This document shows, in pieces, positions 1 to 12,948 of a stretch of 45,484 bases of DNA. The notes beneath the pieces were generated by a model, which had not been told where the DNA came from, did not search any database, and was given only the letters and a program-made list of their open reading frames with translations. Position 1 is the stretch's first letter. Each line of letters starts with the position of its first letter. Both the position numbers and the translations under genes were made by a program. The stretch comes from Chiloscyllium plagiosum (taxonomy: Eukaryota), in NCBI RefSeq assembly GCF_004010195.1, contig NC_057718.1:46325142-46370625 (forward strand), given 5' to 3'.

Positions 1-98
1 CGATTCTCCTGTTCCCTGGATGCTGCCTGACCTGCTGCGCTTTTCCAGCAACACATTTCCAGCTCTAATCTCCAGCATCTGCAGCCCTCACTTTCTCC
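1..98 (+). mobile_element. Penelope-like element 3' terminal (pLTR) fragment, cut by the window start just after the hammerhead core
   Basis: Near-identical to 25651-25748 (CGATTCTCCTGTTCCCTGGATGCTGCCTGACCTGCTG...CCAGCATCTGCAGCCCTCACTTTCTCC), which directly follows an intact hammerhead. Confidence 0.75.
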
Positions 99-447
99 CC
101 ACCATTATCTCTCCACTTTCTCCCCACCATTACTGGCAACCATCTTAGCGAATGACAGAGTGGGATTGATGGGCTCAATAGTCAAATCTTGCTCATATTT
201 TTTATAACTTGATGATATTATGATTTTAAATGTTTGCTTTCATAGACTGATGTATAACTTCAACAGCTCTGATCTCCAGCATCTGCAGCCCTCACTTTCT
301 CCCCACCATTATCATACTGGCAACCATCTTAGCGAATGACAGAGTGGGATTGATGAGCTCAATAGTCAAATCTTGCTCATATTTTTTATAACTTGATGAT
401 ATTATGATTTTAAATGTTTGCTTTCATAGACTGATGTATAACTTCAA
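60..447. repeat. Direct tandem duplication (60-263 / 264-447) spanning a PLE tail, a CR1 3' tail remnant and flank
   Basis: CAGCTCT..CTCCAGCATCTGCAGCC...TGTATAACTTCAA occurs twice back to back and is nearly identical apart from an indel near 108-131. Confidence 0.9.
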
Positions 448-2002
448 TCCTGGTGTTGGTCTGGCATCATGCCACCCATTGGCTGTTGTTCAAGACTATG
501 TCAAAGGGATCATGGGCCAGAACTTGAAAATAATTTTCACTCTTCGATAACATAGAATGAAAGTCATGGAAACTTCATTCTTCCCTGAACTTCAATAATG
601 ACAACAAAAAAAAGGCTGCTTCCAAAGTGGCTGGATGGTGTCACGAAATAATTTTATAACAGCGGTCATAATCGTTGTTTAATTGGATTGTAGTGTTCAG
701 TTCCATTGAGACTTGGCAAATGTTTTCATCTGTTAAATAAATCTAAAGTATTGGTCACCTTTGCAAGCCACTGATAGCATTGCAGGTCTAGATGTGCCCT
801 TCAAACTCCAGGAAATTACATATTTCTGTTTCTTCTTTCCTGATGAATCTGATCTTCCAATAACAGATCTCCTCTAACAGCACAAATACAGCATTAACCT
901 TTCAGATGCCTCTCTCGTGCAATGTGGACTAATGTGTGTCGAAGATAATTCTACCTGCCCCAAAAAGTGCAAAATGCTTTGCTATGTAGTTCCAGAAGTT
1001 GTGCTTGTTTTTTCCAGTAGTATCTTGAAAAGGGAGCAGTTCTGCCCCAAAAGCACCTACATAATGTTAACAGTGCTTTAAACTACAGCTCATTTCATCA
1101 AAACTGTGTAGTTTTAATTAACAGTAGCCACACAGCATCAGCTATCTCATCGCCACAGAGAAAGAAGCAAGAAATCATGTATAAATCAGCTTTGGAGTAA
1201 GGGGGAAATTTCATGAATGCATACGAGGATAAAAATGCTGGTAGCCATTGCAAAGGTTGTTAATAATTTTAATATATTTTACATCCTTGCAAAGTGTGCT
1301 TGGGAAGCAAAATGCCTGGTAAATAATGTTTAATGGAATACTTGTTGAAGCAGTAGAAAAAAATGCGAATGTGCAGCACTCATATTAAATATCTAATGGT
1401 GGGAAAACAGCTACCTGAGTTGGGTGGTGAGGTAAGCTGCATTGCTGTCCGTGCCTCCAAGTGCAGCAAAAGGACTCCATGGTTTAATAGACCTTATTAT
1501 GAACATGGGCATTGTCAGTCAGAACTGAACTCACAAGCTCTCCTCACTTTCCTAATCTCATGTAGGAAAAACTTAATTTACATAAAGGTTAAGAAAAAAG
1601 AAATTACTTTCAAATATGGGAAGTGCTAAAAGAGAATAGCGACAGAAAAAGGAACTGCATTCACAGCTCATCATTATGAACCAGTGTGTGAATGCAAGTT
1701 CCGTAAAGACTCCAGAAAGATGTGTTTTTAAACATGAGATAAGACGAGGATCTCAGCAAGCTGGTTTCATAATAAATGTATGTAATCATAATCGGGTCAA
1801 AACTGGCTCAGATCCCCCATTCTTAACCGAAGAAACTGGTGTTCTATGACCACAATATAAAACACAGAACAGACACAGTTTAGGGAATGCAACAGAAAAG
1901 TTCCGATTGTGCTGGATTAAGGAGGTGACTGACCAAAGGGCCAGATGGAGCCTGGATGATTATCTGGAAAATGCAAAGCATTCCAGGTTAATTTTTTAAA
2001 AA

Positions 2003-2341
2003 TCCTCTCACAGGATGTGGTGAGGCCAGCATTTATTGCCCATCCCTAATTACCCAAAGAGCAGTTAAGAGTCAATCACATTGCTGTTGGTCTGAAGTGA
2101 TATGTAGGCCAGACCAGGTAAGGATGGCAGTTTCCTTCCCTAAAGAACATTAGTGAATTAGGTGAGTTTGTCCCGACAATCGGCAATGGATACATTGTCA
2201 TCATTAAACTCTTAATTCCAGATTTGTTTTAATATTAAATTCCACCATCTGCCATGGAGGGATTCAAGCCTGGGGCCCCAGAATTTTACCTGGGTCTCTG
2301 GATTAATAATCCAGCAATAATAGCACTAGGCCATCACCTCC
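2003..2341 (-). mobile_element. SacSINE1-like (DeuSINE) tRNA-derived SINE, near full length
   Basis: The minus strand reads GGAGGTGATGGCCTAGTGCTATTATTGCTGG (A box), then a B-box-like GGCTTGAATCCC, a Deu-domain-like GGTCTGGCCTACATATCACTTCAGACCAACAGCAATGTG, and a LINE-derived tail GGGATGGGCAATAAATGCTGGCC. Confidence 0.75.
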
Positions 2342-2904
2342 ATTATGTCATTGTTATTAAATGTTTCTGGGCCCACTAGTCTTTTCTCAGCGAACAGGAT
2401 CTGTAACTGTTTGGAGTTGTAAAGGGAATTGACTGAGTTGTCCAGCCCACTGTTGCAAAGCAGTTTACAATTTAAGGACAATAATTAACTGCAGCAGAGA
2501 GCGCAGTTATTGTGCTTGAAGTTGAACTCTCCTCACGACTTGGGAAGCTTCCAACACATGAACCGTATCCATGGGACTGAACTTTATGGAAGGGGATGGT
2601 CTCAAATGTGCTCTTGACTATTAAAGTCAGGGGGAAGCCCACCTTTGCTTGGTCATTTCACCCCTCAAACCACAACTCTTTAGTGACTGTAAGGCCATTT
2701 ATCTGTTCAGGATGGGCCTTCCACCCCTATCTGAGGAGAATGTTCCACCTCTGAGAGCTGACAGTTAGTCTCTGATCATAGTAGCATCACCAAGAGCAAG
2801 AGCCACATCTCAGGCAGTAATTGGACCCTAAGAAGGTGTGTTACGATGGAGTTGAGCTTTAAGGTAAGTCTGGGATTTCAACAGGCCTAGCTGGCCAGGA
2901 ACTA

Positions 2905-3022
2905 GGGGGAAAACACAGGAACATGGATGTGACCAGTGTGGATCAGCCATGATCCTATCGAATGGTGAAGCTGACTCAAGAGATAGAATGGTCTACTCAT
3001 GTTACTATTTCTCATGATCTTA
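2905..3022 (+). mobile_element. Short CR1 3'-end remnant
   Basis: GGATCAGCCATGATCCTATCGAATGGTGAAGC...TCTCATGATCTTAT resembles the CR1 tail at 37380-37460. Confidence 0.55.
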
Positions 3023-3266
3023 TAAACCAACAGGGGGAGCAAGGGGCAAGGGTGGATAGGAGAGGGGGAAGGAGAAATACAAGAGTGCAAAGATTTCAGG
3101 AAAATTTTCAATAGGTACAATTGGCATGTAAAGATGGGACAATACCACCAATCGTGTCCCCTCAACCAACCCCTGTAAAAGTCTCTAACTGTGAGTAAAA
3201 TGCCAGGGTCTGGGGGAGGATACCCGTACATGGCCATTAATTGGCCAATTATTGCTTAATTGATAT

Positions 3267-4475
3267 ATAGAGTCATAGAGTCCTACAGCAGGGAGACAGG
3301 CCCTTTGGCCAAAACTGGTCCATGTTGGCCAAAATGTCTGTCCACGCTAATCCCATTTCTCTTCACTTGGCCCATATCCTTCTAAATTCTTTCCTATCCA
3401 TGTATTTGTTCAAATGCCTTTAAATGTTGTTAATGTATCAGACTCAGCCACTTCAGCTGGCAGTTCATTCTATATGCGTACCACCTTCTATGTAAAAATG
3501 TTGCCCCTCAGGTTCCCTTTTATTCTTTCCCCTTTTACCTTAAACTGATGCCTTCTAATTCCCCAACCCTGGGAAAAAGGCTGAGTACATTCACCCTACC
3601 CATGCCTCACATGAACTTATACACCCCTTTAGTCTCTTACACTCTGAAGAAAAAGGTCCTGGCATCCAACCTCTCCCTATAACTCAGACCATTGAGCCCA
3701 GACAACATCCTTAAATTTCTTATGCACTCTTTCCAATTTAATAACATCCTTCCTATAACAAGGTGACCAAAACTGAACACAATACTCCACGTGTGGCTCA
3801 CCAAAATCCCGTATAACTGTAACGTAACTTCCCAACTTCTATACTCAGTGCCCTGACTGATCAAGGCCAATGCGCCAAAAGCCTTCTTCATTGCCCTGTC
3901 TACCTGTGACTCCACTTTCAGAGAACTGTGAACCTGAAATCCAAGATCCCTCTGTTCAACAAAACTCCTTAAAGTCTTACCATTCACCATGAAATTCCTG
4001 CCCTGATTTCACTTTCCAAAATGCAAGACCTCACAGTTATCTATATTAAACTCCATTTGTCATTTCTCCACCCACTTCCCCAGTTGATCAAGGTCCTGCT
4101 GCAATTTCTTATAACCTTCCTCACTAACCATGATACTGCCTATTTTAGTTGCATCAGCAAACGTACTAATCATGCCTTGTACATTCTTATCATTGATATA
4201 TAGATAACAAACAGTAATGAGCTCAGCACCAATCCCTGAGGCACTCCACTAGTCACAGGCTTCCAGTCCGACAAGCATTCTTCTACTATTACCCACTGCT
4301 TCCTTACCATCAAGCTAATTTTGCATAAAATTTGCCAGCTCGCCCTGAATGCCTTACAATCTAATCTTCCAAAACAGCCTACCATGTGGAAACTTATCAA
4401 AGGCCTTACTGAAATCCAAATAGACTATATTTACCACCCAGCCCTCATCAATCTTCCTGGTCACTTCATCAAAAA
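3267..4475 (-). mobile_element. CR1/HER1 LINE, 5'-truncated (RT domain to 3' tail), degenerate
   Basis: Minus-strand peptides 'SDWKPVTSGVPQGLVLSSLLFVIYI' and 'VEQRDLGFQVHSSLKVESQVDRAMKKAFGALALISQGTEYRSWEV' are CR1 RT and C-terminal motifs; the tail repeat ATAGAGTCATAGAGTC is at 3267. Confidence 0.9.
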
Positions 4476-4637
4476 TGGTCAGACAGAGACTGACTTGTTA
4501 TGGTGCTCAATTTATAGTATTCCTCAATGCTTGCCAGGCAGTGAGCATTAAAATGTTTCTTCTCTCCAGTAGGAACTTGGAGTTCCAGATGATGCTACCT
4601 CAAATTAACATTCTCAGCTATGTTCCATGATAAGGAT

Positions 4638-4652
4638 CTCTTTCTTTCTCTG

Positions 4653-4689
<37 letters not shown>

Positions 4690-4693
4690 CTCT

Positions 4694-4738
<45 letters not shown>

Positions 4739-4743
4739 TCTCT
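4638..4743. repeat. (CT)n microsatellite, imperfect
   Basis: About 100 bp of interrupted TC dinucleotide repeats. Confidence 0.95.
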
Positions 4744-4749
4744 ATTCAG

Positions 4750-5028
4750 GTGCCTTGCCCTAAAAGGGAGTTGATGGTTTTGGACCTCTTTGTTCATCCC
4801 TAGTTATATTTGATAAGATACCTCAGTGGTTCATTGTTGTCCTTTACAAATGGTGGACCAAAGGTCTCTGCTGTCCTTACTGCCACCATTGGCAGATGTT
4901 GGAGGGATTTTGAAGTTGATGCTTAACTGCCACATGATCAATACACCTTCTTTGGCCATTATATCATGGAGGGAGATTTAGATCCAGATCAGAGGCATGG
5001 ACACTATCAAAGCACCAGAAGGCCTCCC
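4750..5028 (-). mobile_element. Old tRNA-derived SINE remnant
   Basis: The minus-strand 5' end GGGAGGCCTTCTGGTGCTTTGATAGTGTCCATGCCTCTG resembles a decayed tRNA head; it is highly diverged. Confidence 0.35.
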
Positions 5029-5574
5029 TCTTCACCAGAAGCTATCCTGAAAAAAAGCCTTGATTAAATTCATCCACTTATCATTTTATAATGGCATAAG
5101 TATTTTGTAAACTATCTATCTCATAATTTTTGTTCTTTTACCCAGTTTGCTAACTTTACCAGTCAATTAACTTAGGCCAGCCACTTGTCTTTTGGGAAAT
5201 CAACTTTGACCCTTTGTTGTTCTTAATACTAGAACAATCTTTAATCACTTTACCTTTCTGTGATCAACTGCTCTCAAACTCTCATACCAGTTTCTCTTCC
5301 ACTACATGTCTGAGAAATTTCTCATTCTCTATTAAACTGGAAGCACTTTGATCAAGGAAATAATAGTGAATGCATTTGTAATGCTGCTTTGATTATGTAA
5401 ATGTCAGTCAATCCTGGGATTGCTGCAATCTTACAATGTTATTACTCTGCAGTTTTTTTCTATATTTCCCTGAGAAGTCTTCAGATCTCCATCATCACTT
5501 CCTGTCATGTTTCCATCCAAATCTAAGTCATACCATTATTAGAGCTTCTGGGTTGAATTTGTACAAGTCATTGC

Positions 5575-6279
5575 TGTTATGAAGATGTGGGTATACCTTT
5601 AAGAGAGTTAAATGCAGCAGAACTACCGGACACAGCTCTCAGTAAGGCAACAATGTAACACTGGGTCAAACCACTCAATTAGTTCTTTGCCTGGAGACTA
5701 AAACAAATTCAAATTCAGCCAATAAGTTTAAATTATACACCAAAAATTACTAATTTCCAATCAAGTATGAATTGAGTATATTGACAATCTTCAAAACCAA
5801 TGGCACAATCCGATGCTCTGGAGTATAAGACCGGTGGAAAATTGAACAGTTGAGAGGAGAACTGCCAAGTCCTAACATGTAATAGACTGCTTGAAAAAAT
5901 ATCTCTCTAAGAAGTACCTTTTTGATCAGTAACCTGCAACGCAGAAATTCCCAACAAGGAGAAAAGAAGATACAGGAAGCTCTGAAGGCAAGAACGTAAA
6001 GCTGCTTGGTTTTGAGATAAGAAGTGTTGTTTTGGTAAATCTTAATTGAGAGTTTTGTCAGATTAGTATTATAAAAAGAAATGTAAAAGATAGGTTAGAG
6101 AAACAAATTGTAAGTTGTGGTTAGTTAATTATTCTCTGTTATACTTTAAGAAATATAGTTGTTAATTTTACTTTACATAGTTCTTGGCCACTCAAATTTT
6201 ACAGATTACTGCACAGGATAAATCTTTTCTGTGTTGCTGGTTTTAAATTGAGCAGGAGAGTTTACCCCGTGTTGTAACA
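5575..6279 (+). mobile_element. Solo LTR (Gypsy/Ty3-like), 705 bp
   Basis: Termini TGTTA...TAACA; 4-bp flanks TTGC/TTGT (TSD with 1 mismatch); three CCAAT boxes (about 5719, 5757, 5797) ahead of TATAAGA (5824); decayed polyA signal AATATA near 6152. Confidence 0.75.
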
Positions 6280-6949
6280 TTGTGCAGAACGTGTTCCTCA
6301 GTGGAGCAGTATGAGCAATGGTAAGAGAGTTGGGAAAATACATTAGTCAGGAATATGCACAGAACTGATTCTACGATATGGCCAGTCATCTGTCGGGGCT
6401 GTCTGACCAAGTTGGTTAGCAGGAGTGTCTGTAGTCAGTTCTCAGGATCTGTGCAATGAACGTCAACAGAAAAGGTGGAAATCAGGGAAATCAGGGAGGC
6501 TGGTAGAGAAAAGTGGGGGGGTGAAACGGTTGGGAGGAAATCAAAGCTGCAAACTGTTGGCAGCAACCCGGAATATTGACAGAACCAAGTCAGTGAAGGA
6601 GGGAATTTCAACACCTGAGAAGGGGAGCTGATTGTGCATGGAAGGATATGGCATGATGTGGGAGCAGGGGATTATCGGCAGTGACCAAAACGTTGCCCTT
6701 GGCTGGAAGAATGTGCATCATGATAGCAGGTAGAACTAAACTGCAGGAAGGGGGCTCAGTGGGGAAAGGATGAGAATTGCAGTCATAATTCCAAGTGATT
6801 GGGGTCCATTTGGAAAATATGGGGTGTTCAGTTGTGGTGGGCTGTCCAGGGTGTGCTAGGGTGTGAAACATGACTGTTAGTGGTCACGGAGAGTGTCAGA
6901 AGGCTAATGATCAGTCTCAGCTTGAGACTTATGGTACTTAGTGTGCTCT

Positions 6950-7210
6950 GCATGGCTTTCCCTAAGCCGTCGATTCCTAATTGCACCCTACAAGTTTAAC
7001 ATGACCGCATTCATACCTGGAGTGGACAGAGTCCATGCTGTCTTTACTGTACACTCCAGACAGAGAGTGCAGCGTAATCTTCTTATGCTGTGCTCTGCAC
7101 GACTGAGCAGGCAAGACGGGGAAATGGTGAAGGCCAACAAACTGGGAGAGAGAGCTCAGTCTTCTGAGGAGGATGAGGATAATCTTGTTGAGCAGGAAGA
7201 ACAACATCTT
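6950..7210 (+). pseudogene. PIF/Harbinger transposase (HARBI1-like DDE nuclease) C-terminal relic, inside a decayed Harbinger element (about 5550-7930)
   Basis: Across frames: 'SLSRRFLIAP' (compare PLRxWLMTP), then 'LYTPDRECSVIFLCCALHD*' (compare LQYSPERVxxIxxxCCALHN), then the acidic tail 'ERAQSSEEDEDNL'. The subterminal sequence at 7680-7735 resembles the reverse complement of 32286-32340. Confidence 0.6.
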
Positions 7211-8212
7211 CTGCAAGATGGAGTACAGTTGTGTCAGGCACTCCAAGTCAAACACCTAGCTCCTGTAGTCGAGAGCTGGGTACAGTCTTCAACATGCAAG
7301 CAAATTGCTTCAGTTCTAAGAGGCAAATGCAGCTTCTGGCTTTTTGCTTTGGGTGTTGGTGAATAAAGATGAATGTTTTGTAGTGATTAAAGTCTTTCCT
7401 GAATGTGATGCTCCCACATTGAAGAATGATGCAACATTAGGCTAAAGTGCACACTGACGAAAGGGCAGCAGTGTCTTTGAGGGTTGTGAGAGGGAATGTA
7501 GCTAAGGAGAGGTAGGCTGCACAGCCTGGTGTGGTAGGTGTGAGAATGGGCAGCTGAACGTGCAAGGAAGTGTCATCAATGTCCTCAATATGTCATGAGA
7601 GATATTGTTTTGAGGCTGCTGTGCACTATGTTCATAGTAAAGGGCAACTCTAAGCTGCCAACACTTGACCAGGTGCACAGCCAGGGTTCAAAGATGGTGG
7701 TGGTGTCAAGGATGCTGGCATATCCTGGATATTCTGCCAATGGCAAATAAGTCTGGCTATGGTAGGTGGAAGAATCAGGCTAGCATCAGATGGGGAGAAT
7801 GCCAGAGGGATGTGGCAGGTAGCTGATGAGGGGAGAATATTTGTTAGGCCTCATGGACAGCCAGTCTACAGTGATCTTTATAATATATGCAAGAACAAAG
7901 GCAATACAGCAAAATGTTTAGCTCTAAATTGTTTTAAAAGCATTCAATAGATCCCAAAAAGTTTTGAAACCAATGTGCTGCTGTGAGAAATTGGAAATGT
8001 ATTAAATTATATATTTTAGAATAAATACAGAAATACTCAGTCAGAATTAATTTGTATTCCATAAGGCCGCATCAGCAAGGAAAATGTTTTCTTTCTCTCC
8101 AGAAATACACACAATCAGTCCCTGGAAATATCAAGCTCTCTTGGTTTAGGTTCCCACATTCTTATTTCTAAGATGGTAGGATGATGCCCTGTGTACCCAC
8201 TTATCTATGCAA

Positions 8213-8516
8213 GTCATAGAGTCATAGAGGTGTACAGCATGGAAACAGACCCTTCGGTCCAACTTGTCCATGCCGACCAGATATCCCAACCCAATCTAGT
8301 CCCACCTGCCAGCACCCAGCCCATATCCCTCCAAACCCTTCCTCTTCGTATACCCATCCAAATGCCTCTTAAATGTTGCAACTGTACCAGCCTCCACCAC
8401 GTCCTCTGGCAGCTCATTCCATACATGTACCACCCTCTGTGTGAAAAAGTTACCCCTTAGGTCTCTTTTATATCTTTCCCCTCTCACCCTAAACCTATGC
8501 CCTCTAGTTCTGGACA
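8213..8516 (-). mobile_element. CR1/HER1 LINE 3' end, young
   Basis: Peptide 'SRTRGHRFRVRGERYKRDLRGNFFTQRVVHVWNELPEDVVEAGTVATFKRHLDGY'; (GTCATAGA)2 tail. Confidence 0.92.
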
Positions 8517-11304
8517 AAGGGCCAAGAAATGACCTTCATCACGACGTCATAGCATAACCTAAATACTGACTTTGAGCTGGAGGAGGGAGCTGACCATCCT
8601 GATATTTTGCAGCCTGATTTGTATTCATTGGTTAGAAAAGTTCAAACAACTGTTTGACATAGAATAAATATTGCCGATCAGAATTAAACAGGGGTGCTCT
8701 TTTCAAATGTCAGTACTCATCAGGAAGCTGCCTTCTTTGCCTGAAAGATGGACAGAAAAGGAAAGAGGACTATGGGCAGAAACCTTCACAAGCTATTGAG
8801 TTCAGGATACTATGTGCCAATCATCCATTCATCCTCAGGTATCAATGATCCACCTTTAACTGTCACGGGCTGTGCACATTTCATTCTATATAGCTAATAT
8901 CATATATAATATGATGTCATATCTAAACCGCTACTTCTTAATAAACTTAACAAAATATTATAAAACTACTTATGAATAGTTGATTACCTATTTTTTTAGG
9001 AATAATGGGCCCCAAATTCCAAACCATACATTTTATCAGATCAAAGAAGAAAGTGTAAATGAGATAATTATTTAAAGGTCAGTTTGAGGTCAGCCCAGAA
9101 GGCTATGTTATCATGGAGATGGGCAGAGGAAGTTTTGTGGTTTCACTTTAGCTGAGTGTTTGGAGGGAGAGGTTTCCAGTTGCAGTTTGTACCTCCTATA
9201 ATCTCAGTTCACGGCTGAGACAAATGATTAATCAGGTGAAAATGAGGGAGAGTAAAGAAGGCTGAACATTAATCATGTGTGACTTTAATCTTAATGTAGA
9301 TTAGGAAAGTCAGTCTGGCAAAGGAAGCCCTGACGAAGAATTTGTTGCTGGAATAATATATGCTGGAATAATATATGCTGGATTCAATCAGGGATTGGGC
9401 TATTTTGGATCTGGTGAAGTGTAGCCAGACATGTTTAATAAATTATGTCAATGTGAAGCATATACTAGGAAATAGTAACCATAACATCATAGAATTCGGC
9501 AGTCAGTTTGAAAGGAAGGAATTTCAGTCAGAAACAACTATGCTAAGCTGAAATAAGGGTAATTACAAAGGAATGAGGGCAGAGCTGGTTAAAGGGGCAT
9601 GGGAAATCAGTTCAGCAACAAAGACTGTTGAGGAACAATGGTTGATGTTTAAGAAAATAGTTCATTTTTTATGACATATTTCAATGAGTAAGAAGGATTC
9701 TAGGGGATAAACTAACTATGGTTAACCATGGAGATTAAGGATACCTTCAGATTCCAAGGCAAAACATATAATGTAGCAAATATTAGTCGTAAGCTAGAGA
9801 ATTGGAACATTTTAAAAACCAACAAAAGACAGCCAAATGATAATAAAGAAGGAGAAAATAAACAAATATTTGACATAGAATGTTATCATGGAGGTGGGCA
9901 GAGGAAGTTTTGTGGTTTCACTTTAGCTGAGTGTTTGGAGGGAGAGGTTAACATACAAGTTTAACATTTCATAATGGACAACAAGACCTTCTTTAAATAT
10001 ATGAAAAGGGAGAGACCTAAATGAATATAGATTGATTAGAGTCAGGCTGGGGAATTAATAATGGAGAACAGGAAATAGCAGAAGAATTGAATAAATACTT
10101 TATATTAGTCTTCACAGTATAGAACAATAATAGCATGCCAAAATAGGAGGAGAGGAAATAAATACAATAACTATCACTAGAGAAAAGGTGTTAGGGAAAC
10201 TGACCATTTTAAAGACAAATATGTTCTTTGAACCTGATGGGATGGGCATACTAGGTCATTAAAGGAAATAATCACGGAGATCGTGGATGCACTGGTGATA
10301 ATCTTCCAAGAATCCTTAGATTTGGAAAAGGTCCCAGAGGATTGGAAAACCGTGAATGTATTCCCTGTAATTAAAATGTGAAGGGGACAAAAACAGGTAA
10401 CTATAGGCCAGTTAGCTAAATGTCTGTTAGTGAGGAAATGTTAAAGTCTATTATAAAGGAAATTATAGCAGAGTATTTAGAAATGCTTATATGATCAGGC
10501 AGAGTCAGCATGGCTCAAGAAGGGGAAATTATGCCTGACAAATTTGCTAGAATTTTTATAGGAGGATAGATAATGTTTAAGCAATGGATGCAATATTTGG
10601 ATTTTGAGAAGTCGTTTGATAAGGTACCACACATTAGACCACTTAAGAAAATCAGTGCCCATAGTGTTGAAGGTAGCATATTAACATGAACAGAGAACTG
10701 GCTAACTAAGAGAAGACAATGAGTTGGGATAAGGAAGACATATTCAGGATAGCAACCTGTAACTAATGATGTGCCACAGGGATCACTGCTGGGTTCACTA
10801 TTATTTACAATATATATTAACAACTTGGATGAGGAAAGTGACTGTTATAAAGCCAAGTTTATGGATGACAGAGATGGGGAGGCGGTGGTGAGGATGACAC
10901 AAAGAGCTTGCAGAGGGATATAGTTAGGTTAAACAAGTGGACAGAAACTTGATAGATGGAATGGAATGTGGAGGAATGTGAGATTGTACCCTTTGGCAGG
11001 AAGAATAGAAGAGCTGAATATTATTTAAATGGAGAGAAAGAGAGAGCAGAAAGCTACAGACCAGATGGAGTTGATAGTTGTCATCCAAAAATCACAAAGA
11101 GCTAGTATCCAAGTTCAGTGAGTAATAAACGCAAGTGGAACATTTATCGTTATTTCAAAGAAAATGGAGTATAAAAGTCAGGAGATTTTGCTAAAATTAA
11201 CTAAGGCTCTACTCAGACCTCAACTGGAATAGAGTAAGCAGTTTGGTCCTCATTTCTAAGTAAAGATATTTACTGCATTGGAGGCTGGTACCAGATATGG
11301 AGGG

Positions 11305-12718
11305 GTAAATTACTGCAGATGCTGGAATCTCTACTGAAAGCAACAAATGCTGGAGATCACAGCAAGTCAGACAACATCCATGAAGAGAAAACAAGCTAAT
11401 GTTTTGAACCGAGATGACTCTTCATCAGAGCTGAAATGACATGTGGAGGGGTAGCATTAATGCTATTGTTGAGGGGGAGTGTGGGAGTGGTGAGATGTAG
11501 AATTCTGGGGAGAAAAGAAGTTGATAGTTCGGATTAAACAATGGGAATGTCAAAATGGCAGAACAATGGTGTGTCTAACTGCCAGACTTGAAAGAACAGG
11601 CAGTCCTATGGGGGTGTGCGGAAGGGAAGAGAGGACATGGTGATAGGGAATCTAACAACTAAAGCTAAAAGAAAGGGAGGAAACTGGGGAAGGTTTACAA
11701 CTTGAAGGTGTGGAACTCAATATTAGGTTACGAAAGCTGTAATGTGCCTAGTCTGAAGATCAAATGTTGTTCCTCCAGTTTGCACTGTGATTCACTGGAA
11801 CACTGCAGCATACCGAGGACAAACAGGTGGGCATGCGAGCAGGACGCTGTGTTAAAATGACTGGGTACGGGAAGGTCAGGCTTGTGCGCAGACCAGAGGT
11901 ATTCTGTGAAGTGGTCACCCAGTCTGCGTTTGGCTTCTCCAATGTAAAGTAGGCCACTGTTTATGCCTTTGGATGGTGAGTGGGGAGGAGGTGAAGGGAA
12001 AAGTGTTGCACCTTCTGGGATTATGTGGGAGGTATGGTGGGAAAGGGGCTTTGGTGTTTTGGGCCATGGAATAGACTTGGGTGTTCAGAGGAAATGATCC
12101 CTGTAAAATGTAGACAAAGTAAGTGAGGGGAAGATGTATTTGGTGGTGTTGTTCTGCTGGAGTTGTCTGAAATGGCAGAGAATGATCCTTTGAATGCAGA
12201 GGCTGGTGGGATTCAAAGTGAGGACAAGGGGAACTTGGTCACACTGTTGTGAGTGATGGGAAGGTGCAAGGGCAGATGCATGGATGATAGGCCGGATGCA
12301 GTTGAGGGCTCTGTCAACCACAGTGGGCAGGAAACTACGGTCATGGAAGAAGCAAGCCATGTTGGAAGTGTTATGGAAGGTGACATCATCCAAACAGATG
12401 CAATGGAGGAATGAAGGATCTGAGAGAATGGGATGGAATCCATGCAGGACATGGGGCGTGACAAGTTGTAGTGGAGGTAGCTATGGGAGTCAGTGGCTTT
12501 TTAGTGGATGGAAGTGGACAGTTTATTCCTCAAAATGGAGACAGAGACATCAAAGAAAGGAACAGAAGTATTGGAAATGGACAATGTGACAGTTATAGAG
12601 GGGTAGAAATTGGAGGCAAAATGAACAAAGTTTTCAAGGTCCTGGTGGGAGCATGAAGCGGCACCAAAGTAGCCATCGATGTAACATAAATGCTGCCCCG
12701 TCTACACTTCACTTCAGC
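11305..12718 (-). mobile_element. Penelope-like element, 5'-truncated: RT C-terminus/linker, GIY-YIG endonuclease and pLTR, with an inverted pLTR piece at the 5' end
   Basis: 14-bp TSD CCAGATATGGAGGG (11291-11304 / 12719-12732). The minus strand gives 'GLLYIGE.KRRLGDHFTEYL' (YIG motif) near 11900-11955 and 'VPLVLTLNPTSLCIQRIILCHFRQLQ'. A decayed hammerhead lies at 11395-11430, and 12686-12718 is an inverted copy of 11430-11462. Confidence 0.85.
11395..11430 (-). ncRNA. Decayed minimal hammerhead ribozyme motif
   Basis: Minus strand CT-CTGATGA-A-GAGTC-ATCTC-GGTTC-AAAACATTA-GC. The conserved GAAA reads AAAA (consistent with CpG decay), so it is probably inactive. Confidence 0.6.
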
Positions 12719-12801
12719 CCAGATATGGAGGGACTGTCTTATATGGGTCAGTTGAGTAGATTGGGCCTATAATCATTAGTGCATTGGAGAATGAAAGCTG
12801 G

Positions 12802-12948
12802 GCTTATTGGAACATTCAAATTCCTGGAGGACCTAACAGGGTAGATGTGGAAAGGTTGTTTCCCATTTAGCCCTAGACTGTGTTACAAGGGGAACCTGTC
12901 CGCATCTACCCTGCTAAGTCCCCCAGGAATTTGTATGTTCCAATAAGC
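12802..12948. repeat. Inverted duplication (56-bp arms 12802-12857 / 12893-12948) inside the CR1 3' coding region
   Basis: GCTTATTGGAACATTCAAATTCCTGGAGGACCTAACAGGGTAGATGTGGAAAGGTT matches the reverse complement of the right arm with about 6 mismatches. Confidence 0.9.

Noticed and set aside
1363..1629. 88-aa ORF and a GAG|GTAAGC donor near 1430
   Set aside because: No recognisable protein and no clear upstream acceptor; an ORF of this length is expected by chance.
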